From IMG/VR virus record IMGVR_UViG_3300020419_001132: 64,000 nucleotides of DNA. The stretch is one strand, 5' to 3'. The notes under the pieces were generated by a model, which ran no database searches, had not been told where the DNA came from, and was given only the letters and a program-made list of their open reading frames with translations. Shown piece after piece: positions 9,115-17,933 of the stretch; positions within the stretch are counted from its first letter, which is position 1, and each line of letters starts with the position of its first letter. This DNA is from a virus. Taxonomy: Duplodnaviria > Caudoviricetes. The translations under genes and the position numbers were made by a program.

Positions 9115-10100
9115 TTGTATCTTCCATTCAAAGGTTCAGCATATAGTTGTGCTTGTTCGCTTACTCTTTGTAAGTCCCACTTAGCACAGAATTTCATTAG
9201 TTTCATGCCTACTTGTGTTACTGATTTAGGGTTCTCTGTAGCATCTTCAACTACATCATTTATAATCGATCTAATGTTGCCAGGTTGTGCAGTCAAATCA
9301 CATAGTATTACATTACGATTGTAGTCATCTAGTACACGATGTTCTACACCTTCGTGATCAACCCACCTTTGTAACATCATATTATTCCAGTTATAGCCTT
9401 TTGTATCTTTATCTTCAAATGCCTCTTGTAAGCCTACTTTGTTTCTTGTGCCTTTTTTACGTACACCAGGAAAAGCACTAAACACATTATCACTAGTATC
9501 TCCTCGCATACACTTTTCAAATAACATATATGCAGGATTAGGTGCAGGCTTAGGTTCTCCTGTCTTTTTGTCAAGCACGGGTTTCTTTTTCTTATCGTCA
9601 AAGTAACCTTCATGTGTAATAATTGTATTGCTAACACCGTTATATTGTTTTACATTAGGTGCAATAAGTTGTGCAAAGTCTCCATCAGTTGAAATAATAA
9701 CATGATTATCATTTGGATGTGCTTGTACCCAACCTGCAATTAAGTCATCTGCTTCTAGTTGCGGATTTTGTAATACAGTACAGTTTGTCTTTTCTTTTAC
9801 AAAGTCTTTAAATAGATCAAATGTTTCCCAAAAAGTTTTATTTTCTTCTTGCTCTGCTTCTGTCAGTGCCTCTCTAGCATCTTGTCTATTTCGTTTGTAA
9901 GGCTCGTAAAAGTCTTTACGCCAACTACGACCTTCTAAACAGAATACAACATGATCACCATCAAAGTCTGCCCATGCTTTTTTTACACCACTAAGTGAAA
10001 TGTGCAAAGCCATGCCAATCTTTGTGTCAAGGTCTCCCCTTACTACATGTCTTGCACGAAAAAATGTATTAGCAGTATCAACTAGTATATATGTGGCCAT
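9111..10100 (-). CDS. rnh: RNase H / 5'-3' exonuclease (T4 rnh-like FEN family)
   Basis: LVDTAN, LEADDLIA, ISTDGDFAQL, GDTSDNV motifs. Confidence 0.85.
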   Translation of the reverse strand: MATYILVDTANTFFRARHVVRGDLDTKIGMALHISLSGVKKAWADFDGDHVVFCLEGRSWRKDFYEPYKRNRQDAREALTEAEQEENKTFWETFDLFKDFVKEKTNCTVLQNPQLEADDLIAGWVQAHPNDNHVIISTDGDFAQLIAPNVKQYNGVSNTIITHEGYFDDKKKKPVLDKKTGEPKPAPNPAYMLFEKCMRGDTSDNVFSAFPGVRKKGTRNKVGLQEAFEDKDTKGYNWNNMMLQRWVDHEGVEHRVLDDYNRNVILCDLTAQPGNIRSIINDVVEDATENPKSVTQVGMKLMKFCAKWDLQRVSEQAQLYAEPLNGRYK

Positions 10101-10485
10101 TTAACTCTTCTCTTACGTATCGTTGCAATTCGTGATCTCCCACGTCTTCGGGTATTTCGTTCTTGTAAAAAAGTCTATAACTATCAGAACCATATTTCCC
10201 AACTCCATATAACATAGTAGCATCTTCTCCGTCCCATGTCAAGTAACTTTGGGTCATTTTTCTTATAGAATTTTCACGCCTGTTATAAAATCCTAAACTT
10301 CTGATAACTTCTACAACATCTTCTTTTTTACTTTTAAGAAATGATTCAGCAGTAGGCCATTTTGCAAAGAATACAGGTAGTACACGTTTCACTTGAACTC
10401 TACCTGTTTGATTTAGACAAATTACACCTACAAAGTGTTGCCATAAATTTGCAACCTGTTGTTGCACCATTAGATCTTCTCTCAT
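10078..10485 (-). CDS. HhH-GPD DNA glycosylase, MBD4-like stand-alone domain
   Basis: CLNQT, FFAKWPT, LGFYNRR, LYGVGKYGSDSY helix-hairpin-helix. Confidence 0.8.
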   Translation of the reverse strand: MREDLMVQQQVANLWQHFVGVICLNQTGRVQVKRVLPVFFAKWPTAESFLKSKKEDVVEVIRSLGFYNRRENSIRKMTQSYLTWDGEDATMLYGVGKYGSDSYRLFYKNEIPEDVGDHELQRYVREELNGHIYTS

Positions 10486-10802
10486 TAGTCTTCTCTTTTA
10501 TATACAGGCCTTTGACCAAGTACCATAGGAACATCTAAATTAGGTGTAATTTCCACTTCTGCACAACTAAGATACTCTATATTAACATCGCCAAATTTCT
10601 TTTTGCTATGGTCTAATAATCCATTAAGCAATTTTGCTTCATAGTCGTTATAAAAAATTACACATTCATCGTATGAAGGAAACTGTAGTTGATAACTAAA
10701 TAGGTTTTCAGTTTTATTAGGGTTATCTATATAGCTTACTGTAGCTAAAAATATTATAGCAAAAAATTTCATGTTAGCTAACCTCTGATTTTTCTTTATC
10801 AA
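10485..10802 (-). CDS. Small exported protein with a Cys pair
   Basis: MKFFAIIFLA signal-like start; FPSYDEC...LSC. Confidence 0.5.
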   Translation of the reverse strand: MIKKNQRLANMKFFAIIFLATVSYIDNPNKTENLFSYQLQFPSYDECVIFYNDYEAKLLNGLLDHSKKKFGDVNIEYLSCAEVEITPNLDVPMVLGQRPVYKRED

Positions 10803-11172
10803 TTGGCTTCACATTGATATATCCTATATCTCTTTGTGTGTCAATGCCATCTTCTTCTAGAATTTGAATTGCAATAGTTCTAAACCAACCGTTCACAATT
10901 TCTTCATTAGTTTCACCTGAGTAACCTGCATCAAGTAGTTGTTCAATAAACTCGTTATTCCAATCGAGCTCGAAGAATCCGTTCTTGATGTTCTCAGGAT
11001 TTACTTGAGTATCAAGAACACCTACCCAAGGTTTACCTTCTTTTGTAGCTTCATCTTTTTCTTTTTGTAGAATAGCTCTACGTTGTTCTTCTGAACTAGT
11101 TTCAGGTGCAGTTTTTTCAATCTTAGGTGTAACTCCTAATATTGTTTTTAACTTTTGCCATTTATTTTCCAT
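10774..11172 (-). CDS. Hypothetical phage protein (start MENKWQK)
   Basis: AAGGA upstream of the ATG at 11172. Confidence 0.6.
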   Translation of the reverse strand: MENKWQKLKTILGVTPKIEKTAPETSSEEQRRAILQKEKDEATKEGKPWVGVLDTQVNPENIKNGFFELDWNNEFIEQLLDAGYSGETNEEIVNGWFRTIAIQILEEDGIDTQRDIGYINVKPIDKEKSEVS

Positions 11173-11186
11173 ATGTTTTCCTTTCA

Positions 11187-11366
11187 TTACCATCCTGCCT
11201 TTCTTATTCTATCTGAAGGGTCTTTATCAACCTTAGCCTTCATTGCTTTTTGATGTTGTTTATTTTTGTATTCACGTATGTTTTCAAGTTCGTATTCTGG
11301 ATACGGTGGATGGTAGGGCTTGTTTGCTGGCTTACTTTTAAATAGATTTTTTATAAACTGTAACAT
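11187..11366 (-). CDS. 59-aa hypothetical protein (not in the ORF track)
   Basis: MLQFIKNLFKSKPANKPYHPPYPEYELENIREY...RKAGW; fills the gap after queE. Confidence 0.55.
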   Translation of the reverse strand: MLQFIKNLFKSKPANKPYHPPYPEYELENIREYKNKQHQKAMKAKVDKDPSDRIRKAGW

Positions 11367-11367
11367 G

Positions 11368-12297
11368 TTAAGTTCCTATTGCATTACCAAACAAGTATAC
11401 ATGTACTCTTGCCGCTACATTATATCCACGTTTAAATGCCTTTTCAGCAACTTTGCCTGCACCTGCTATTTGTTCTTCTTCTCTAGCACCTGTTGGCATA
11501 ACCCATATAGGCCAATCTACACCTTCTGCTTTAAACAGTTTAATAACTTCTTCCATTTCTTCCCACTCTCTATCGTCTGGACCAACTACAAACTTTAATT
11601 GTCCTTTATCAGAAAGTTCTCTGTACTCTGCTACTATTTGAGGCTTGATTGCTTTTTCTCTTTTCTCACCTGCAACTGACCATAGTTTAGGACTACAACT
11701 AAAAAATATTTCTGTGTCTATCCTGTTTACCCATTCCTTAAACGGATCTCTTAACTTTTGTGTTCCGTTAGTTTCAAATGTCATACTGCCCGGCAAGTTA
11801 CCTTGTCTTTCAAGTTCTTCATATATTCCGACAGTTGCTGTCTGTCCAGTTACCATTAAAGGCTCTCCGCCTGTAATACATAAGTGTTGACTTTGTCCTG
11901 TTACTGGATGTTTAAATAATCCTTCAGGATTACTTTCGTTTTTCAATATGTCAATAATTTTATTCGCCATTACTGTCGGCGTTTCTTGACCCATCAAGTC
12001 TTTAAACTTCTTTGCCCATGTGTAACTACTATCACAACCTTTATCCCACACAGGCAAGTCTTCAACTTTTTTTACTGTTGATACATCAAAATCTTGAAAA
12101 GGTAATTCATATGTATCTGGATTTGTAGGATCTAATTGTCCAAATCCGTTGCATTGTAAATTACATAAAAAGAAACGTATCCAAGCCGTAGGCACTCCTG
12201 TGTAATGTCCTTCGCCTTGAATACTATGAAATATTTCTGAATAGTAAAACTTCTTTTCTACAGTTTTACCAAATTCATGTTGTGCTAATGCAGACAT
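11368..12297 (-). CDS. queE: 7-carboxy-7-deazaguanine synthase (radical SAM)
   Basis: SEIFHSIQGEG, IRFFLCNLQC...CD, ITGGEPL, ETNGT, SCSPKL, RVHVYLFGN. Confidence 0.85.
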   Translation of the reverse strand: MSALAQHEFGKTVEKKFYYSEIFHSIQGEGHYTGVPTAWIRFFLCNLQCNGFGQLDPTNPDTYELPFQDFDVSTVKKVEDLPVWDKGCDSSYTWAKKFKDLMGQETPTVMANKIIDILKNESNPEGLFKHPVTGQSQHLCITGGEPLMVTGQTATVGIYEELERQGNLPGSMTFETNGTQKLRDPFKEWVNRIDTEIFFSCSPKLWSVAGEKREKAIKPQIVAEYRELSDKGQLKFVVGPDDREWEEMEEVIKLFKAEGVDWPIWVMPTGAREEEQIAGAGKVAEKAFKRGYNVAARVHVYLFGNAIGT

Positions 12298-12497
12298 TAT
12301 ACTATCTCTTCTACAATGCCTAACACTTCAGCTAGTACAAAACCAATACCTGCAAACATCATTAAGTAACCTGAGTAAGCAATAACTATATCTGTATAGT
12401 CGTTTGCCGCCCAAAGTTCATAACCTGCGTAAGCCAATACGCCGCCTGCTAATATTCTTAAAACACTCTTTACCATACTTACTGTAAAATGATTCAT
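12297..12497 (-). CDS. Small 2-TM membrane protein
   Basis: Two hydrophobic stretches. Confidence 0.55.
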   Translation of the reverse strand: MNHFTVSMVKSVLRILAGGVLAYAGYELWAANDYTDIVIAYSGYLMMFAGIGFVLAEVLGIVEEIV

Positions 12498-12508
12498 AAT
12501 ATATCTCC

Positions 12509-13198
12509 TTATTTGTTACAAGCAAATTCTTGTTGTAGTTTAATATTATCCATAAACTCTTTTTTAGTACCTGGATCGTCACCAAATGCTCCACGTAGTA
12601 CAGTTGTTTGTGTTAAACTACTATGAGCACCAATACCTCTATTCTCACAACAACCGTGTGTTGCTTGTAAATAAACACCTACATTAGGACTATTAGTTGC
12701 ATGTTGTATTTTATTAGCAATAACGTTATTAAGTTCTTCTTGTAGTGTTCCACGTCTAGCACACCATTGTGCAATACGTGTATATTTAGAAAGTCCTATA
12801 AGTGTTTCTGCGGCAATTATGCCAATATATGCAACACCGCTTACTGGTTGATGATGATGCGAACACATACTTTTAATTTCGCTTCTTACAACTAACATTC
12901 CTTTATAACTTTCTGTACTGTCATTAGGAAATGCAGTTGCATTAGGCATAGGATTATACCTACCACTCATCAGTTCATTTATATACATTTTTGCTAGTCG
13001 CCTGCCAGTATCCATACTGTTAGGATCATTAAACCTATCAATTACTAAGCCATCTAGTACAGATTCAAACTTAGGAGTCAATTCTTCAATTAGTGCCTCT
13101 TTGTCGCCTTTTTGTAAGACCTCAGAAATGTTGTCACCTGCCCAATAGCGGATGCCAGCATCTTGTAGTCTCATGATAATTTCTTTACTTTTACTCAT
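12509..13198 (-). CDS. folE: GTP cyclohydrolase I
   Basis: SMCSHHH, GLSKYTR, LQEEL, HGCCENRG; the GGAG SD fits the second ATG (13198). Confidence 0.92.
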   Translation of the reverse strand: MSKSKEIIMRLQDAGIRYWAGDNISEVLQKGDKEALIEELTPKFESVLDGLVIDRFNDPNSMDTGRRLAKMYINELMSGRYNPMPNATAFPNDSTESYKGMLVVRSEIKSMCSHHHQPVSGVAYIGIIAAETLIGLSKYTRIAQWCARRGTLQEELNNVIANKIQHATNSPNVGVYLQATHGCCENRGIGAHSSLTQTTVLRGAFGDDPGTKKEFMDNIKLQQEFACNK

Positions 13199-13241
13199 TT
13201 TCATTCTCCGAGTTATAGACGAGGATGTCTATTATGTTATT

Positions 13242-13270
13242 ATTATACAATATATTTAGGCGATTGTCAA
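13242..13270 (-). promoter_or_regulatory. Consensus sigma70 promoter for folE, with a nested CTAAATA late element
   Basis: TTGACA-17-TATAAT exact. Confidence 0.8.
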
Positions 13271-13317
13271 TCAAAACATTCGCCCAAATTAAATTTTTGC
13301 TTGTATTTAGGTTTTTC

Positions 13318-13554
13318 TTACCCATTCAATACAGTTTTGTCGGAACTTTCAGAAAAATATTTGTCCAACATAGATAGTCTATCGTCTGCCGCCGCTAGTT
13401 TGTTTAATTCTTCTATCACTGCTTCTGTAATATCAGAATGTTCACCTATTCCAGCGGGCATAGTTTGATAGACTTTAATATTGGCCATATGGACCGCTAT
13501 CTCCCCCTCTGCCTGCTTTCTAGCCGCAATCAATAAAGCTTCACCTGGCTTCAT
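13318..13554 (-). CDS. Small hypothetical protein
   Basis: Coupled to the HIT gene. Confidence 0.55.
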   Translation of the reverse strand: MKPGEALLIAARKQAEGEIAVHMANIKVYQTMPAGIGEHSDITEAVIEELNKLAAADDRLSMLDKYFSESSDKTVLNG

Positions 13555-13907
13555 CCATTACTCTCCTTACGTTTTAGGTAATTTCCTTTGTTAGGAATTA
13601 CGTTTCTGACCCCACCTCTGGGATCCTCGATATCCCCCTTATTACGGGGAATTAAGTGTACATGAGGATACATCACAGTTTGTCCTGCGGCCTCACCTAC
13701 ATTTTGTCCTATATTAAATCCATCACATATATTATCTTGTACCCATTCATATCCCCAGCCGTATGCGGCTTTATAACAATATGCTAAACACTCCCATGTT
13801 TCTTCTTTAGGCACAAACAAAATATGTCCGTCTGTGACCGGAAATCCGTCTCTATAAACTGTATAATGCTTCGTATCTATTACTATGTCAGTCCAAGGTT
13901 TATCCAT
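13551..13907 (-). CDS. HIT-family nucleotide hydrolase
   Basis: GHILFVPK, GFNIGQNVGEAAGQTVMYPHVHLIPR. Confidence 0.85.
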   Translation of the reverse strand: MDKPWTDIVIDTKHYTVYRDGFPVTDGHILFVPKEETWECLAYCYKAAYGWGYEWVQDNICDGFNIGQNVGEAAGQTVMYPHVHLIPRNKGDIEDPRGGVRNVIPNKGNYLKRKESNG

Positions 13908-13912
13908 AATAT

Positions 13913-14251
13913 TTAATTTCCTACAAAAAAGTTAACAATGCCTGTTGCAAAAATAAAAACTGCTACTCCATTAATAAAAACTAGTGCTCTGTCATGCCAA
14001 AGCATACCTACTACTCCCCAACCCATTACTCCACCAAGATGAAAGAATAAGTTATATGGCTCCATACCTCCAGCACTGGTCAATACCATTCCAATAAGAA
14101 TAATAAAACTAGAAGCCCATTTAATATACCAACTTAGATCGTACTTAGGTGTAATCTTTTTAAACACTCTACTAGAGTTTAACTCCTTAATCTTATCGTC
14201 TAAATTAGGAACCCACTTTTTTATTTCTTTTTCTATATCTTTTTTATTCAT
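13913..14251 (-). CDS. Small multi-TM membrane protein
   Basis: Three hydrophobic helices. Confidence 0.6.
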   Translation of the reverse strand: MNKKDIEKEIKKWVPNLDDKIKELNSSRVFKKITPKYDLSWYIKWASSFIILIGMVLTSAGGMEPYNLFFHLGGVMGWGVVGMLWHDRALVFINGVAVFIFATGIVNFFVGN

Positions 14252-14777
14252 ATGTTCCTACATTTTCCCAAGGGTAAACTAACCAAACATCTTCTTCTGC
14301 CTTGTTCACCTCATGACAAGAATAGTGTGTCTTAAATTTAAAGTCACTAGCTAAATTATCTGTTATAACCGCAAATCTTACATTTTCACACCAAACATTA
14401 CGCCAATGATCATCTTCAGGGTAACAACTACTTTGCCAGTCTTCAACAATCCAATTGAATGTTGATCCTGTATCGTTAATATCGTCAACAATTAATATAT
14501 TCTTTCCTTGTCCGTTACTGTCTGCATTAGGTGTTCCAAATGCATCTTCTGCCATCCAAGCATTAGATTCGTTTGCATATCCACTGTCACGTAAACTAAC
14601 TTTTATTGCTTCACAACGTATGCCGGTCATATTAGAAATAATTGTTGCAGGAACATTGCCGCCTCTTGTTATTCCTACAATATAATCAGGTGTCCATTGA
14701 TCCTTATACATTTGATTTACAATACTTGTGCTACAATTTTCTATGTCTTTCCATGTATAGAAATGCTTTTTAATCAT
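14244..14777 (-). CDS. Type I phosphoribosyltransferase (purine PRT-like)
   Basis: VGITRGG, ILIVDDINDTGST PRPP-binding loop, WLVYPWE; likely start MIKKHF. Confidence 0.85.
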   Translation of the reverse strand: MIKKHFYTWKDIENCSTSIVNQMYKDQWTPDYIVGITRGGNVPATIISNMTGIRCEAIKVSLRDSGYANESNAWMAEDAFGTPNADSNGQGKNILIVDDINDTGSTFNWIVEDWQSSCYPEDDHWRNVWCENVRFAVITDNLASDFKFKTHYSCHEVNKAEEDVWLVYPWENVGTYE

Positions 14778-14778
14778 A

Positions 14779-15339
14779 TTACCAAACCCAAGATACAAAA
14801 CTGTACCTTGTCCCTTCTGTTATTAATGTTACTTTGTGTGAGTACATAAATGTACTTGGAAATATAAGAATATCTCCTGCTCCTAGCTCAACTTTATTGT
14901 CGTCTAGCATAATAAAATCGCCGCCTGTAAAGTTATCGTTTAGTAATCCTACTACAGACAGGGTAGGAATACCTTTTCTTTCACCGTCGAACATCTGTTG
15001 AACTCGATCGGCATGCATATGCATCTGTGTATTTTCATCATACTTATTAAACCTAACATCCGTAAATCCGTCGAATCCTTGAAGTGTAGGTAATGCTATA
15101 TCTTTTTCTATGTATTGTATTAGACTATCTTTAACAATATGATGTAGTTCTTTATAGTGAGGCACTACTTGGTGAGATATAGAAAGTTCAGTATCTGTAC
15201 TAAATTTCTCTTTTTCACTATGGGAATAAAATGTATGCTTTTGCCAATCATCTTGGAAATTATCAATTATAGTATTGCATATGTTTACAGGAACTTTTTG
15301 TTTTTGAACGACTACATAAGACATAAGATCTTTCTTCAT
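14779..15339 (-). CDS. 2OG-Fe(II) oxygenase (prolyl-hydroxylase-like)
   Basis: HAD, LNDNFTGGDF, FPSTFMYSHKV...GTRYSFVSW. Confidence 0.85.
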   Translation of the reverse strand: MKKDLMSYVVVQKQKVPVNICNTIIDNFQDDWQKHTFYSHSEKEKFSTDTELSISHQVVPHYKELHHIVKDSLIQYIEKDIALPTLQGFDGFTDVRFNKYDENTQMHMHADRVQQMFDGERKGIPTLSVVGLLNDNFTGGDFIMLDDNKVELGAGDILIFPSTFMYSHKVTLITEGTRYSFVSWVW

Positions 15340-15704
15340 TATACATCGCCCTCCTTCTTTTTATTAAAGTCTGACTTACACATATCATAAAATAATTTAA
15401 AATTTCTCCAAGCCTTATCTAAACCTGGATAATCTTTAGACATTTCTTCCACATCATTTTTAAAATTAGTTTCTGTATAGGATGCTTCTCCGGGACTAAT
15501 ATTCACTGTGAACTCTGATCCAGTATCATTTGTTCCATATGTTAAAGGATCAAACCTTCCATCTCCATAAGATACACCGCTTGTTCCTCCGCCTGTTGAT
15601 GTTACATCGTATGTAATAGTATCGCCTAAATCTAAATTGAGTTGATCGATATTAACAGTTACAGTATCTTCCAAGTTTATTTTGTAAGTGGTATCATCTC
15701 CCAT
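15339..15704 (-). CDS. Hypothetical acidic protein
   Basis: ORF in operon. Confidence 0.55.
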   Translation of the reverse strand: MGDDTTYKINLEDTVTVNIDQLNLDLGDTITYDVTSTGGGTSGVSYGDGRFDPLTYGTNDTGSEFTVNISPGEASYTETNFKNDVEEMSKDYPGLDKAWRNFKLFYDMCKSDFNKKKEGDV

Positions 15705-16753
15705 TATATAGCCTCATATAACTGCTTACCAGAAAAGAAATCTGTGTTAAGTTTTTTTACTTGTTTATCTAATGGTACAAGAAAGTCTTCGTAGTGTTCC
15801 ATGTATTCGGATATCTGATTAACAACTTCTGATCTATGAATTTTGTAACTTGCAAAACTTTCTGTCCATTTGCTAGGATATTTAAAATCTGGCAAAGCCA
15901 TTTCTTCGTAGCTAAGTCTGTCTGGAACCATTGGTATTGCACCAACAACTGCTCCTTCGTACCAACTAATACCTAGTGTTTCTTGTAAGTTTGCACTAAA
16001 CACCATCTTAGCTTCTCCTAGCAAGTTATGATATTGATTCTTATCAAGTTGTTTTTCTTGACAAACAACAAAATCGTATTGTGGTAACTGTGTTGCTAAA
16101 TCACTGAAGATTTCTAGTTGTTTCTCTGGAGCAATTCTATGTGGAAAAAGTATTAAATTACGTTTCTGCATTCCTTTATATGGAAGCAATTCTTCACGTA
16201 AATACTCCATAGGCCACCCGACTCGAACACTTTTTTCATCTAATTCTATTCCTTCTAACATAAGTTCATTACTAAACATATTAATATGAAACTCTGTAGC
16301 AAAGAAGTTGTGATTATAGCATTCATACATACTAGCTTCAGCTTTTCTAACCCAAGGTTTGTTACCAATTAGTCTACCTAAAAAGTCGTGCGGATCATAA
16401 CTACCAGCATGCCACATGCCACCAATGCTAATGTCAACACCCAATAATTCTGCCATATAACGCAATTGAATAACTGTAGGATTCCAGGCATCGGTGTACA
16501 AAAAATAATCATCGTCTTTAACCTTGCCATTGCAGAACATTTCTCCTATTTGTTCGAGTTGTTTACTCTTATATATGTTCGTTCCGCCAAAGTTAAGAAA
16601 CGCCCCAGGCGTTGTTGCTTGAGGAGTCTCTCCTCCACTTATAGTGACGACTTCCTCATTAGTAGACCGTTTAAGTTGCTTAGGAAGATGCTCCTTCCAC
16701 TGTTTAGTATACCTAGTGTCTACTGCTTCAATGTCTACTATATAAATGGTCAT
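15704..16753 (-). CDS. GT-B fold glycosyltransferase (GT4-like)
   Basis: FPHRIAPEKQ, SANLQETLGISWYEG (ExxGxxxxE), PDRLSYEEM. Confidence 0.8.
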   Translation of the reverse strand: MTIYIVDIEAVDTRYTKQWKEHLPKQLKRSTNEEVVTISGGETPQATTPGAFLNFGGTNIYKSKQLEQIGEMFCNGKVKDDDYFLYTDAWNPTVIQLRYMAELLGVDISIGGMWHAGSYDPHDFLGRLIGNKPWVRKAEASMYECYNHNFFATEFHINMFSNELMLEGIELDEKSVRVGWPMEYLREELLPYKGMQKRNLILFPHRIAPEKQLEIFSDLATQLPQYDFVVCQEKQLDKNQYHNLLGEAKMVFSANLQETLGISWYEGAVVGAIPMVPDRLSYEEMALPDFKYPSKWTESFASYKIHRSEVVNQISEYMEHYEDFLVPLDKQVKKLNTDFFSGKQLYEAI

Positions 16754-16935
16754 CGTCTTTTATTATTCCTCCATTTTTTTCTAGTTCTAGACCAAGCCAT
16801 ATAACTTTCCCAAGTTCTGTCGCCTTTTTTATAAAGGCTGGCTTCTTTAAAAACTTTACCTTCGAGTCTACAGTAATCTCGGAATGTGTCGAGATCGTCA
16901 AAAATTTTCCTAATAAGGGGATTCTTAATTGCCAT
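16750..16935 (-). CDS. 61-aa basic hypothetical protein (start MAIKNPL)
   Basis: AAGGA SD upstream of 16935; ATGA overlap with the glycosyltransferase. Confidence 0.55.
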   Translation of the reverse strand: MAIKNPLIRKIFDDLDTFRDYCRLEGKVFKEASLYKKGDRTWESYMAWSRTRKKWRNNKRR

Positions 16936-16951
16936 GATAGTTCCTTGTATA

Positions 16952-17440
16952 TCATTGTGTGGGGTAATAAATCGAACAGCCGTTTTCACCGTCTTCAGCA
17001 ACGTCAATCTCTACAAATCGGCCTGGGTATTTTGCAGAAATCTCTTGATATAAGTCATCAGCAATCATTTCGCATGACTTATGATTTAATTCTATTACAT
17101 CTTCATTGTATAGTTTTTCCATCCATCGTTTAAACTGAATAAATTCAATATCACGATCATCATGGAATACTTCTATTCGCACTTTGAAGTGGAATATATG
17201 TCGATGTGCAACGCCTAAGAAGCTCACGTCGTCCCAGTCTCCTGTTGCAAGTTTTGGATCATCTTTAGCCGCTGGATACAAATGTATTCCTTCTTTTCTA
17301 AATGTTACCCAAATACTTCGCTTTGCATTTTTCACTGCATCTTCCATACCTTTTACCTTCTCCATAAGTTCTTCAAACCGAGCTTCTCTCTTATTGACTA
17401 AGTTTATTATATTATCTTTAGATGATTTTGTCAAGTCCAT
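16952..17440 (-). CDS. QueD-like T-fold protein with an LxxxHRHxF motif (DpdL-like, putative CDG decarboxylase)
   Basis: EGIH.YP, FLGVAHRHIFHF, RDIEFIQFKR, SCEMIADDL, EDGENG; lacks the QueD CxxxHGH motif. Confidence 0.7.
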   Translation of the reverse strand: MDLTKSSKDNIINLVNKREARFEELMEKVKGMEDAVKNAKRSIWVTFRKEGIHLYPAAKDDPKLATGDWDDVSFLGVAHRHIFHFKVRIEVFHDDRDIEFIQFKRWMEKLYNEDVIELNHKSCEMIADDLYQEISAKYPGRFVEIDVAEDGENGCSIYYPTQ

Positions 17441-17933
17441 AATCTTTCCATTCTGTAAATTTATCTCTATGCATCAAATCATGTAGACTATGACACCAAA
17501 CACCAGGATTAGATGCCTTAAAGTCTTTATCGTCAATTTTTAACATAGTGTTATAGTTCCATTGTTTTATATAAGGAACAGGTACACGCAGTTGCGGAAT
17601 AAAATTATCATATTCGCAAAGTCCACCCTCTAAAAATTCTTCTGCGTATTTTATAGGAATATCTAGAGAGCATAACTTACCAGCTGACAAAAATGCTTTA
17701 ATAAGATTCTCCCATGATTCCCATTCTTTATCATTCTCTGGATGGAATGAATGATTTGCACCAAAGAATATATGTTCACATTGATTTTCATCATAATGTT
17801 TTTGTATTTCGTGAGGTTCGTGTACTCCTGTAACAAATAGTGTTTTTAATCCATATGCAGGAGTCTTTTCTACTTCATTACCTATGAACATTTTAACATC
17901 AGTTTGTGTGCCGTTTTCGTAATCTCTATTCAT
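17418..17933 (-). CDS. Unknown protein coupled to the DpdL-like gene
   Basis: Overlaps the DpdL-like start; HIFFGANHSF and KIDDKDFKASNPGVWCH segments. Confidence 0.6.
   Translation of the reverse strand: MNRDYENGTQTDVKMFIGNEVEKTPAYGLKTLFVTGVHEPHEIQKHYDENQCEHIFFGANHSFHPENDKEWESWENLIKAFLSAGKLCSLDIPIKYAEEFLEGGLCEYDNFIPQLRVPVPYIKQWNYNTMLKIDDKDFKASNPGVWCHSLHDLMHRDKFTEWKDYGLDKII

Noticed and set aside
16952-17440. Calling this canonical QueD
   Set aside because: The CxxxHGH motif is replaced by LxxxHRHxF; it is kept as QueD-like/DpdL-like, and residual QueD activity cannot be excluded
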